A stretch of DNA of 19,061 nucleotides from Gemmatimonadota bacterium (GCA_031372565.1 JANMLN010000186.1:1-19061), one strand, 5' to 3'. Shown: positions 8,136 to 17,360, counted from the stretch's first letter. Notes: generated by a model from the sequence alone, not told the origin. Program-made: numbers and translations.

Positions 8136-8329
8136 TCGTCCTGAGCAAAGCGAAGGACCTGCTTTGCGCCGCCACGCGCGGTGAGAAGCAGGTCCTTCGA
8201 TGTGTTCAGGAGAAAGACGAGAGAAGCAGGTCCTTCGCTGCGCTCAGGTCGACGACGAGAGAAGCAGGTCCTTCGCTTCGCTCAGGACGACGAAGCGAGA
8301 AGCAGGTCCTTCGCTTCGCTCAGGACGAC
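8135..8329. repeat. REP-like cluster between convergent genes: one forward copy plus four reverse copies in tandem with 38-bp period
   Basis: Forward copy 8135-8164. Reverse copies of GAGAAGCAGGTCCTTCGCTTCGCTCAGGACGAC start at 8183, 8221, 8259 and 8297. Confidence 0.9.
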
Positions 8330-8331
8330 GG

Positions 8332-11300
8332 CTAGAACACCACCGGCTGTACCTTGCGCTGCCGGAGTCGCTCGTTGAAGGCGTCGAGCTCCTTCTTGAG
8401 CAGCTGGTCGATGCGTGCCTTGACCGCGACCAGCTGCTCGTGCAGCACACCGGCCACTTCCTGCTGCTGCCTCGTTGGCGGCTGGTCGGCGCCGTCGAGG
8501 CCGCTGCCGAGGTAGAGCAGCTGTTCGGTGATGCGCATCGGCCACCGGAGCTGGTCCTGCCCGCGCCCGGTCGAGCGCAGCTGCCGCAAGAACTCTTCCT
8601 GCGCCGTGAACTTCTTCTCCATCGAGTCGGTCGCCGCGCGCAGGTCGGCGGACTTCGCATCGTCCTTGAGCAGGTCGCGCAGCTGCGCGAGTTGTGCCCG
8701 CACCCCCTGCACGGTGTTGATCTGCTCCACGGCATCGTTCACATCGGCCATCACGGCCTTGGTCGCGGCAATCCCCTGTGCGATTTCGGTGTCGGTCGCC
8801 GGGTAGTTGGGGTCCTTGCGCACCTCGAGCGTCTCGGTCAGCTCCTGCGTCCCGACCTGCACCTTCACGGTGTACCGGCCCGGCGGCACCAGCATCGACC
8901 AGCGCCCGATCCACGGCGCCGGCTTCGCATCGTATCCGATCTGTGGCGCCGGCGAGTACAGCGGCGTGGTGCGCACCTTGGTCTCCTTGGTGCGATCGGA
9001 CTGCAGGTCCCACCACATGCGGTTCATCCCGGCCTTGCCCGCCGCCTTCATGGTCCGCCACGTCGCGCCCGCCGCATCCGTGAAGCTCACGGTGATCGAG
9101 TCCTTCGGCTCCGCCTTGAGCCAGAGGTGGAGCGACGCGCCGTACGGTGGATCATCACCCGCGTTCGGGTCCTCGTTGAAGGCGAAGCGCGACTCCATCG
9201 TCTTGAAGCGATAGGCCGCGCGTGGCGCGAACAGGTGTGCGTCCTTGGCGGCAACATCCACCGCGTTCCGGAGCGGTGTGATGTCGTCGAGAATCCAGAA
9301 GCCGCGTCCGTACGTCGCGACCACCAGGTCCGAGAAGTGCTCCTGCACCGTGATCCAGTAGACCGGTGCGTGCGGCAAGTTGTTCTGCAGCGGCTGCCAG
9401 TTGGCGCCGTCATCGAACGAGACGTAGAGCCCGTTCTCCGTGCCCGCGTACAGCAGCCCGCGCTTCACGGGGTCCTCACGCACCACGTGCGCGTACGACA
9501 GCGGCGACTTCGGGATGCCGTTCGTGATCTGCGTCCACGTCTTGCCGAAGTCGCTGGTCTTGTAGATCCATGGATCGCGATTGTTCACCTGATGGCCATC
9601 GACCGTCAGGTACGCGGTGCCGGCGTCGTACCGGGAAGGTTCGATGTTCGAGATGGTCCCCCACTCGAGCAGCCCCGGAATGTTCTTCGTGACGTTGGTC
9701 CACGACGTGCCGCCGTCGCGCGAGAGGTGCACGAGGCCGTCATTCGTGCCCGCCCAGATCAGCCCCTTCTGCAGTCGGGACTCCGCGATCGCGAACACGA
9801 CCCCCGCGTACTCGACGCCGATGTTGTCGGGGGTCAGGCCGCCCGAGCGGATCTGCTTCGTCTTGTCGTTGCGGGTGAGGTCCGGTCCCAGCTCCTGCCA
9901 GGAACGTCCACCGTCGGTGGTGGCCATCACATACTGCGACCCGACGTACACCTTGTTGTGGTCGTGCGGGCCGATGGTGAGCGGGAAGGTCCAGACGAAG
10001 CGGTACTTGAGCGAATCCGCCGCCCAACCGATCGTCGCCTGCGGCCAGACCTCCGCGTACGTCGCGATGCCCGTCTTCACGTCGTAGCGCGACACGATGC
10101 CGCCGACGGAGCCGAACCCCGACGCGCTCGACCAGATCAGGTCGTTGTTCTCGGGATCCGGCGTGGCCCAACCGCTCTCGCCGCCGCCCACCGTGAACCA
10201 ATGACCGCGCGTGATGTTGCCGGTACCGGGGAAGCCGAAATCATTCCGCGTCCGCGAGTTGCTCGGCCCGCAGGCACTCGGCCCGTCCTGACGGTTGCCG
10301 CACACCGTGTACGGAATGCGCGTATCGGTCGTCACGTGGTACATCTGCGCAACCGGCAGTTGCAAGCGGAACCAGCTCTTGCCGCGGTTCTGCGTGATCG
10401 AGATGCCGTCGTCGTGGCTGACGATGATCCGGTTGCCATTGGTCGGATCGAACCAGATGTCGTGATGATCGCCGGCCGGCGTTTCCACGACGGACGGATC
10501 GATCACCGTCTTGCCACCGTCGAGTGTCTTCGCCCAGTTCGCGCTGAGGAAGTAGGCCTCGTCCTGATTGTCCGGCGACACGCCCATGCGGTTGTAGTAG
10601 TGCGTGCGCCCGGCGAGCTGCCGGTCGTAGTTCACGAGCTCCCACGTCTCACCCGCGTTGTCGGAGCGCCAGAGGCGGCCGTTGTCGGGTTCGCGGATGT
10701 TCGTCGCCGGGACGCCGTCGCCCGTCTCGATGAGGGCGTAGATGCGGTTCGAGTTCGCCTTGGTCACGCCGAGGCCGATCTTGCCGACGAACTTCCGTGG
10801 CAATCCATGCTCCGTGAGGCGCTTCCACGTGGCACCGCCATCCGTCGACTTCCAGATGCCGGAGCCTGCACCACCCGAGGTGCGCCCCCACGTCTTGATC
10901 TCGACCTGCCACATGGCCGCGTAGACGATGCGCGAGTTGTTCGGGTCCATGACCACGTCGATGCCGCCCGTGGAGTCGTTCACGAACAGCGTCTTCTCCC
11001 AGCTCTTGCCGCCGTCCATCGTCTGGTAGATGCCGCGGTCCGGTGACGGACCGTAGGCAAAGCCGAGCACCGCGACGACCACGTGGTCCGTATTGCGCGG
11101 GTCGATGGCGATGCGAGCGATACGGCCCGAGTTCTCGAGTCCGGCCTTCTGCCACGACTTGCCGGCATCGATCGACTTGTACATGCCGACGCCGGCGGAG
11201 ATGTGCGACCGAATGAACGGCTCACCGGTGCCTGCCCAGACCACGTTGGCATCACCCGGCGCAACGGCGATCGAGCCGAACGACGACACCGGGAGATCAT

Positions 11301-11568
11301 CCGCGATCGCGGACCAATGGATGCCGCCATCGGTGGTCTTCCAGATGCCGCCGGACGCCGCACCGCCGTAGTACGTCATCGGGTCACCGGCGACACCGGC
11401 AATCGACGTGATGCGATTGCCGACCGGCCCGATGTGCCGGTACTTCATCGACGCGAGTTGCGCGCTTTCCACACGCGGCGCGGGGGTGGCCGCCGGGGTG
11501 CGGCGTTGGGCGGAGGCGCCGAGCGGTAGGCACACGCTGGCGACGAGGAGCAGACGGCGAGTCGACAT
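8332..11568 (-). CDS. Secreted BNR/Asp-box beta-propeller protein (VPS10/sortilin-like, often annotated glycosyl hydrolase/sialidase), about 1078 aa
   Basis: Signal peptide MSTRRLLLVASVCLPLGASA-Q. Many S/T-x-D-x-G-x-T/S-W Asp-boxes (TTDGGIHW, SIDAGKSW, STDGGATW, SRDGGTSW, SFDDGANW), plus DHHDIWFDP, LVVATYGRGFWILDD and a helical C-terminal tail. Confidence 0.9.
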   Translation of the reverse strand: MSTRRLLLVASVCLPLGASAQRRTPAATPAPRVESAQLASMKYRHIGPVGNRITSIAGVAGDPMTYYGGAASGGIWKTTDGGIHWSAIADDLPVSSFGSIAVAPGDANVVWAGTGEPFIRSHISAGVGMYKSIDAGKSWQKAGLENSGRIARIAIDPRNTDHVVVAVLGFAYGPSPDRGIYQTMDGGKSWEKTLFVNDSTGGIDVVMDPNNSRIVYAAMWQVEIKTWGRTSGGAGSGIWKSTDGGATWKRLTEHGLPRKFVGKIGLGVTKANSNRIYALIETGDGVPATNIREPDNGRLWRSDNAGETWELVNYDRQLAGRTHYYNRMGVSPDNQDEAYFLSANWAKTLDGGKTVIDPSVVETPAGDHHDIWFDPTNGNRIIVSHDDGISITQNRGKSWFRLQLPVAQMYHVTTDTRIPYTVCGNRQDGPSACGPSNSRTRNDFGFPGTGNITRGHWFTVGGGESGWATPDPENNDLIWSSASGFGSVGGIVSRYDVKTGIATYAEVWPQATIGWAADSLKYRFVWTFPLTIGPHDHNKVYVGSQYVMATTDGGRSWQELGPDLTRNDKTKQIRSGGLTPDNIGVEYAGVVFAIAESRLQKGLIWAGTNDGLVHLSRDGGTSWTNVTKNIPGLLEWGTISNIEPSRYDAGTAYLTVDGHQVNNRDPWIYKTSDFGKTWTQITNGIPKSPLSYAHVVREDPVKRGLLYAGTENGLYVSFDDGANWQPLQNNLPHAPVYWITVQEHFSDLVVATYGRGFWILDDITPLRNAVDVAAKDAHLFAPRAAYRFKTMESRFAFNEDPNAGDDPPYGASLHLWLKAEPKDSITVSFTDAAGATWRTMKAAGKAGMNRMWWDLQSDRTKETKVRTTPLYSPAPQIGYDAKPAPWIGRWSMLVPPGRYTVKVQVGTQELTETLEVRKDPNYPATDTEIAQGIAATKAVMADVNDAVEQINTVQGVRAQLAQLRDLLKDDAKSADLRAATDSMEKKFTAQEEFLRQLRSTGRGQDQLRWPMRITEQLLYLGSGLDGADQPPTRQQQEVAGVLHEQLVAVKARIDQLLKKELDAFNERLRQRKVQPVVF

Positions 11569-11628
11569 GCAGCACTCGGGGCGAATGTCAGGGAGCACCG
11601 TCCGGGCGTGGACGGCGCTGCGCGTTGA

Positions 11629-11820
11629 ATGTCCGGTCCGGAGCGACGGACAGCAAGGAGCGCGGGGACCTTACGCCGCCGGTCAAGTGCGGTCGGACCG
11701 AAGCTCACGCTGGCTGCGGAGACGTACCAGGTCCGCGCCGTCCCGGCGGGAACGATCGTGGCAGCCGACAACAACGTCGGTGGCGCGCCGCTGCGCTTCT
11801 TCGCCCTGACGGACCGCTAG
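11629..11820 (+). pseudogene. Possible gene remnant with a cupin-like C-terminus
   Basis: The 3' half reads KLTLAAETYQVRAVPAGTIVAADNNVGGAPLRFFALTDR* with coding-like third positions and resembles cupin motif 2 (vPaG...N.g..pl.f). The 5' half looks non-coding. Confidence 0.25.
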
Positions 11821-11854
11821 CCGAACGACACGAGCAGCCGCCCCTCGGGCGGCG

Positions 11855-12286
11855 TCACGACGCGGCGCGTGCCCCTGACCGGGCGCGCGCCGCGTCGAGC
11901 GTTTGGCCGTCGTCCGCCGCAAGCGCCCAGAGCAGCAGGACGGCACAGAAGAGCGGCAGCGACGAGAAGAACACGACGTTGCCTCCGGTCATCCACAGCG
12001 CCCACGGATCCACGACCGAACGCCAGACACCGAGCAGCGTCGCGCCGGTCATGAGCGCCAGCACGGGGTACGCCACGCGACGCCAGAGTCCGACGATCAC
12101 CAGCAGCGCGAGCACGACCTGCGCCACACCGATCAGCGGCATGAGGGATTCGCTGGACAGGAGGCCGGCGTAGAAGATCGAGGCCACCTTGGCCCCGTGC
12201 GCAGGGTGCACGAGCTTGTCGATGCCCCAGACCGCGGCAAAGCCGCCGAGTGAGATACGGAGAGCGGAGAGAGCATATGGGCGCAT
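11855..12286 (-). CDS. DoxX-family membrane protein (alternative start 12328)
   Basis: LRISLGGFAAVWGIDKL matches the DoxX N-terminal R...G..K pattern; GVAQVVLALLVIVGLWRR; four hydrophobic segments. Confidence 0.75.
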   Translation of the reverse strand: MRPYALSALRISLGGFAAVWGIDKLVHPAHGAKVASIFYAGLLSSESLMPLIGVAQVVLALLVIVGLWRRVAYPVLALMTGATLLGVWRSVVDPWALWMTGGNVVFFSSLPLFCAVLLLWALAADDGQTLDAARARSGARAAS

Positions 12287-12424
12287 CTCCAACCTAGGCG
12301 GCACCGGTCGGTCCGGTTCCGTGACCATCGCGCTCTTGCGGCCGCTCGCCGTCACGCTCAACTTGGGAGGCGCAGTAAACCCGAACAAACACCGACATCT
12401 TCTTCAACGTGCAGGAGTCGTCCC

Positions 12425-12922
12425 ATGTCCGGACCGATCGCGTCTTCCCTGATTCCAGAACTCCAGCACGAGGCCGTCTCGACGCGCAAGCTGTTCGAGC
12501 GACTTCCCGTGGACAAGCGTGACTGGACGCCCCACCCCAAGTCGTTCGCGCTCGGCAAGCTGGCGACGCACGTGGCGCAGCTGGTCGGGTGGATCTCCGT
12601 GACCTGTCAGACGACCGAGCTCGACATGTCACAGCCGTTTCCGCCGCCAGCGTGGGCATCCAACGCGGAGCTCGTCGCCTTCTTCGATGCACAGGTCGCG
12701 CAGGCGGTGAAGGCGCTCGGCGCGACGAGCGACGCGGACATGATGGTCCCGTGGACGCTCAAGATGGGCGACAAGGTGTTCTTCTCGATGCCGCGCATCC
12801 AGGTCATCCGCAGCATGGCATTCAACCACTTCGTGCACCATCGCGGGCAGCTGTCGCTCTACCTGCGCATGAACGACGTGCCGCTGCCGAACATGTACGG
12901 ACCGACGGCAGACGAGCAGTAG
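12425..12922 (+). CDS. DinB/YfiT-superfamily four-helix-bundle protein, 165 aa
   Basis: AGGAG RBS. WTPHPKSFALGKLATH and NHFVHHRGQLSLYLR give the His triad; C-terminal PNMYGPTADE. Confidence 0.9.
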   Translation: MSGPIASSLIPELQHEAVSTRKLFERLPVDKRDWTPHPKSFALGKLATHVAQLVGWISVTCQTTELDMSQPFPPPAWASNAELVAFFDAQVAQAVKALGATSDADMMVPWTLKMGDKVFFSMPRIQVIRSMAFNHFVHHRGQLSLYLRMNDVPLPNMYGPTADEQ

Positions 12923-12923
12923 C

Positions 12924-13136
12924 GTCGTCCTGAGCGAAGCGAAGGACCTGCTTGTCTTGCCTTCGCGGCGACAAGCAGGTCCTTCGACTTCGGGCCGCGC
13001 TGCGGCCCTGCGCTCAGGACGACATGACCACCACTGTCGTCCTGAGCGAAGCGAAGGACCTGCTTGTTGAGCCCGCCGCGGCAACAAGCAGGTCCTTCGA
13101 CTTCGGGCCGCGCTGCGGCCCTTCGCTCAGGACGAC
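12924..13136. repeat. Two tandem REPIN-like inverted doublets of the REP-like element
   Basis: Doublet 1 is 12924-13023 and doublet 2 is 13036-13136. Each is a forward copy, a short spacer and a reverse copy carrying a 21-nt insert with hairpin GGGCCGC-GCT-GCGGCCC. Confidence 0.9.
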
Positions 13137-13809
13137 TGAGGGATTGACCGTGACCGTCGCCGTGCCGGTGCCACTGGCGAACCGGAACGAGAGCCCACAG
13201 AATAGGAGCGCCGCCCATCGGCGGTGCCGAAGGCGAGTCCGTGGTGCAGCTCCACGATCCCCGTGCGCGCGCCGTCTGCCGCCAGCAGCGGCCGTGCGGC
13301 GGGAGAGCGAACCGTTTGCCGTACTGGTGCGCGAGGGTGACGGTGCGCCGCACCACTTGGCCGGGAGTTGCCCGAGAGTGAACAGCAGCACCGCGAGTGC
13401 GATTCCGACGCCGCTGGCGAGTTCACGAGCATGGCGCCGAGGCCGCCCCAAGCATCGTTCGCACGGTTGTTCGACGTGGCCGTGTGAGAACGTGCGCCCT
13501 GCCGACGGTGCGCGCCAGCAGGGAAACACCTCGCTCCAGAGTCAGCGCCTCTTCAACTGGATGTCCCATACCGTGAGCCTGCGGTTGTAGGGATGGGGCC
13601 CTTGGCCCTGCATGCAATGGCCGTGGCGGATGTCGAGGTCGAGCCGGTGGCGCCGCCGGGGACATCAGGCCAGGAGGCGCCGGGCTGTCGGATCCAACTC
13701 AACCACGCAAAGCCGCTCCAAGAAGACGCCGCGCAGGCGTGGCGATTTGCCACGACGGCCGCCGGCCGACGCGCGCGTCGCCGCTAAGGATCTTCAACCA
13801 ATTGGAACA

Positions 13810-15018
13810 TCACCGGCGGCGCAGGGCGTAGAACCCCGAGTCGCACGCCACATAGACGCGCTGGGCGTCGTACGCAGGTGGCGTCAGCACCCACGGCTCC
13901 GACGCCGGGTTGGTTTGCCAGATAACGGCGCCCGTGCGGGCGACAATCTCCTGGAGCAAGCCGTTCCCGTACATGGCCAAGAAGGTGGAGTCGGTCGGCG
14001 TGCCCTGATGACGCGGCGAGCCTTGGTTGCGCGCGCGCGACCAGAGTACGACGCCCGTCCGCGCGTCGATCCCCATCTGCTCGTCGAGCGCGGACCCGGC
14101 GATGATCACCGAGCCGACCACCGCGATCGGGCGATTGTCGAGGCGGTATGTGTTGCTCGGCACTCGCGGACTCGTCCAGGCAATCGAGCCCGAGTCGCGG
14201 TCGAACGCGTAGATGACGCCGTCCACGCCAGAAACGATCACGAGGTTCATGAAGCGATCAATGCCATCCAGCTGACCACCGCTCTGGTCAGTCGGCAACT
14301 CCCTCGCGAGCTCCTTCTGCCACAGAATCCGCCCCGAGGCGGCATCGACGGCCGCGACGCCTCCCGTCACAGGAAGCGACATGCGACGGTACGTGGCGAC
14401 GACCACGCCATTGGACGACACGCAGCCCCACACGATCGCCCGGTCCGGGTCTTGCGCCAGCACCACGCGCCATGCCTCGCGTCCGGTCGCGAGCTTCACC
14501 GCCACCAACGTGCCGTTCTGGGAGCCACCGAACACGCGCACGGAATCGGTGGCGAGCGTGTAGATCCCGGCCAATGGTTGATCGGGGTTCACCGAGTCCC
14601 GATATGTCCAGGCTGAGCGACCCGTGGCGACGTCGTACGCGAAGAGTTGGAAGTCGGGATACAGCACGAGCCCACCGACAACCAGGAGCCGCGATGCCCC
14701 CGGAAAGCCGACCCCCTTGCGTGGACTCGTCCAACGCACGCTACCATCCGACTTCCGGACCGCGTAGATTTGATGGTGGGCGCTGACGAAGTAGACGGTC
14801 GAGTCGTCCACGGCCGGCGCCGTGTAGTCCGCCGTTTCCCTGACGCGCCACAATGCCCGCGCGAAGGTGCCCGGGCCGACGCTCGGGAGGCCGCCAGAAC
14901 CGGTGGCCTCGTCACCGCATCCGGACACGAGTGCCAGCACGATACCCAACGCAAGCGCCAGCGCACGCCACTGGCCGCGCCGGGAGCCCGCGCTGCAGCC
15001 GTCAACCGTTCTACTCAC
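13810..15018 (-). CDS. PQQ-type (BamB-like) beta-propeller lipoprotein, about 400 aa; start uncertain (GTG 15018 or 15033)
   Basis: Lipoprotein signal RRGQWRALALALGIVLALVSG-C. Repeated AxDxxxGxxxW blades: AVRKSDGSVRW, AYDVATGRSAW, AVDAASGRILW, AFDRDSGSIAW, GIDARTGVVLW. Confidence 0.85.
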   Translation of the reverse strand: MSRTVDGCSAGSRRGQWRALALALGIVLALVSGCGDEATGSGGLPSVGPGTFARALWRVRETADYTAPAVDDSTVYFVSAHHQIYAVRKSDGSVRWTSPRKGVGFPGASRLLVVGGLVLYPDFQLFAYDVATGRSAWTYRDSVNPDQPLAGIYTLATDSVRVFGGSQNGTLVAVKLATGREAWRVVLAQDPDRAIVWGCVSSNGVVVATYRRMSLPVTGGVAAVDAASGRILWQKELARELPTDQSGGQLDGIDRFMNLVIVSGVDGVIYAFDRDSGSIAWTSPRVPSNTYRLDNRPIAVVGSVIIAGSALDEQMGIDARTGVVLWSRARNQGSPRHQGTPTDSTFLAMYGNGLLQEIVARTGAVIWQTNPASEPWVLTPPAYDAQRVYVACDSGFYALRRR

Positions 15019-16450
15019 AGGCGATGGGTCCACACGTGCCCACGGTGACGACCTTCGACCGCGTGACCAGCTCAGCCCCAGCGGTGACGGTGACGGAGAC
15101 CGTGAAGTCCGATGACCCGGCCACGTAGGTGAAGGATTCGGCTGCCCCCGATTGCATCAAGATGCCGTCCACGCGCCACGAGAAGTTCGGCAGCCCTATT
15201 CCGCCATAGGCGGACACGGAATACTCGCCCGAGTACCCAGGCTCCAAGTAGCCCGGCCCCGCGAGGCTACTGACTGTCAGGCTCTGCGGCGGAGCGAGAC
15301 GGAGCGGCGCGCCGGCGAGCTTCAGCGACTTCTCCAGTTCGTTCCTGGTGGTCCCATGCTGGGTCAACTCACCGTGTCCGATGTCGCCGAGCGCCACGTG
15401 CGGAAAGGCCCCCGTCCCTTGAATTCTGGTGCGCCATTCCTCAAACAGTCCGTCGCTCGTCGAGCACGAGCCGCCGGTGGCGTTGTTGGTCCAAGTGGCT
15501 CCAATGAGAATGCACCAGCGATAGTCGACATCCCGGAATTGCAACGCGCCCCCCAGCCAGAGCGGCGCCAGCGAATTGTAGGTGCCGTAGTAGAAGCTGT
15601 CCCACGGAGTGACGCCGCTGTATTGCAGATACTTCCACATATAAAACAGATCCAGCAGGATCGTCGTTGCGCTGCAGACCTGTGCAACCTGCGCTGTCCC
15701 CCCCGCCGCGCGGCAGTAACTGCCGCGACTGGATGAGATGTTGCCGGACATGGACTGACGATACGGGACCTGCGCCTCCTCGTTGATCACGCGCGTGGTG
15801 GATCGCAGATCCGTCATGAAAGGGCTGTCGGGGTCCCCATCGGGCAGCACGAGGGAGGACGCGTTCCCCACAAAGAGCGAAGTTGCAAGTTGAGCAACCT
15901 TGTCCAAAACGACGTCGTACGTGCCCTCCAGCATCATTTCCTCCCAGTCGTCCAACCGTCCTCGCGGGGCAATCCAAGGCAAGGTCGCGGCAAAGGTGAG
16001 GTTCGAGATCGTGTTGCTCGCAGTTCCGTTCACGATGGATTTCGCGATTGGAGCCCCTTCGTTCGGGGTCCCCACCGTGATCAGCGCCTTCCACCGCGAG
16101 CCCTGCCTCACCGCCTCGCGCCCGACGATCCCGCCGAAACTGTGACCGACCAGAAACGCCCGTGAAGGGCCTGGCGCGTAGCCGCGCCGAAGCGAGTCCG
16201 CCTGGTCAACGAACCTGCGCTGCCAACCGGTGTTCGCCCTCGCCATGTGCACGTTGAAGACTGGCGACAACTGCACCGCCATCGAATACCAGGTGCCATC
16301 ATCGCCCCCGAACCCGTGCTGCCAGACGATGGTGTCCTGTTGACCGAGCGCGGCGCCGAGCGGAACGGCGGCGATGAGAACCGCCGCCTGGATCGCGGCG
16401 CGGGTGCGATGCGGCAATAGGAACATGATCGGGCTCCGCGTGGAGGGCAT
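15011..16450 (-). CDS. Secreted alpha/beta-hydrolase (lipase/esterase, PGAP1/DUF676-like) with C-terminal Ig/PKD-like domain
   Basis: Signal peptide ending AALG-Q; IVWQHGFGG (oxyanion region), LVGHSFGG (nucleophile elbow), LITVGTPNEGAPIA, SDGL and IGHGE (candidate Asp/His). Beta-rich tail FSWRVDG...FTVSVTVT. Confidence 0.85.
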   Translation of the reverse strand: MPSTRSPIMFLLPHRTRAAIQAAVLIAAVPLGAALGQQDTIVWQHGFGGDDGTWYSMAVQLSPVFNVHMARANTGWQRRFVDQADSLRRGYAPGPSRAFLVGHSFGGIVGREAVRQGSRWKALITVGTPNEGAPIAKSIVNGTASNTISNLTFAATLPWIAPRGRLDDWEEMMLEGTYDVVLDKVAQLATSLFVGNASSLVLPDGDPDSPFMTDLRSTTRVINEEAQVPYRQSMSGNISSSRGSYCRAAGGTAQVAQVCSATTILLDLFYMWKYLQYSGVTPWDSFYYGTYNSLAPLWLGGALQFRDVDYRWCILIGATWTNNATGGSCSTSDGLFEEWRTRIQGTGAFPHVALGDIGHGELTQHGTTRNELEKSLKLAGAPLRLAPPQSLTVSSLAGPGYLEPGYSGEYSVSAYGGIGLPNFSWRVDGILMQSGAAESFTYVAGSSDFTVSVTVTAGAELVTRSKVVTVGTCGPIACE

Positions 16451-16453
16451 GAT

Positions 16454-17360
16454 CTATCGGGCCAGGATGTTGGAATAGCGCACGCTCACGACCTGCTGCG
16501 GAATGCTGGCCTCCTTGCTCCATACCGACATCGTGGAGCCCGTCCGAGCCAAGAGGCCTCCCGCAAGGGCTGCATACTCATGCACCACACGGAACCGCCC
16601 TCCATCAGGTCGATGCACCGTCTGCTCAAGCACGGCCCCGCTCATCGTGTCGACGAGAATCTCGTACGCATCGGGGCCACCACGCGACCGGTATCGTCGC
16701 GTCGTGGCGCCACCGTCAGGGGTGACGTCGTCAAGCGACGGCAAATGGCGCCTGACGCGCTCAGCATCTGCCCTGCGAATCAACACGACGGCGAGTGGAT
16801 CTCGCGAAGCAGGAAGGGACGGCGCCCCTGAACTCGTCGCGCCACCAGCTACGGGAGCCTGTGCGCGACGTCCCTCGGCGACGCGCCGCATCGAGTCGCG
16901 CCAATTGGAAGCGGTCCAACCTGGCACGATCGGTGACTGCGGGCTCGCGGGGCGCCCGAGGCCCTCGAAGCGCATGGCGTTACCGGTCAGCACGACGCGC
17001 GCATTGGCCAGCGCTGGCGCGACGTCTGGCGAGGACACACGAGTCTCCCAGTCACCCGACGCATTGCGGGAATGTTCGAGGTGCATCGTGCGGGCCGTCG
17101 GGCCGGCGCGGCCTCGACCTGCACCGTCCACCTCGATGCTGACATCCATCGCAACGAAGGTCAGCGACTCCGGAGCCGTGGCGAGGAGTGCGACAGACAG
17201 ACTTCGAGGCGCAACCCGAGGGAGAGGTGATTGCAGTGACTCACACGCGGCGAGGCTCGCGAGCAGCAGGGCCGCCGCGGCGACGCGTGTGCGCCAGCAA
17301 AGAGATGTTACCCGGGGGGGGGGGCGACACGGTCGCGTGCAGCATCAAGGTCTCACGCAT
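16454..17360 (-). pseudogene. Hypothetical lipoprotein (301 aa if the tract is C10), frameshifted by a C11 homopolymer at 17314-17324
   Basis: AAGGAG (17372-17367), 6 nt, ATG 17360. That frame stops at 17243-17241 after 39 aa. Removing one C joins it to the frame carrying WRTRVAAAALLASLAA-C (lipobox) and ORF 16454-17149. Confidence 0.75.

Noticed and set aside
8183..8329. CRISPR array
   Set aside because: Linkers are only about 5 nt, the unit occurs in both orientations at several intergenic sites, and there are no cas genes.
8200..11046. 948-aa plus-strand ORF and other long antisense ORFs (1056-2405, 2717-4780, 16503-17402, 17583-18944)
   Set aside because: Shadow ORFs of high-GC genes on the opposite strand, with no recognisable motifs.
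12425..12922. DNA polymerase IV (dinB)
   Set aside because: It is the unrelated 165-aa DinB/YfiT His-triad family.
12629..13590. ORFs containing VVLSEAKDL / RSFASLRTT peptides
   Set aside because: These are translations of the REP-like DNA repeat, not protein repeats.
13810..15018. bamB orthologue or PQQ dehydrogenase
   Set aside because: Only generic propeller blades; not in the usual bamB-der context and too short for a quinoprotein dehydrogenase.
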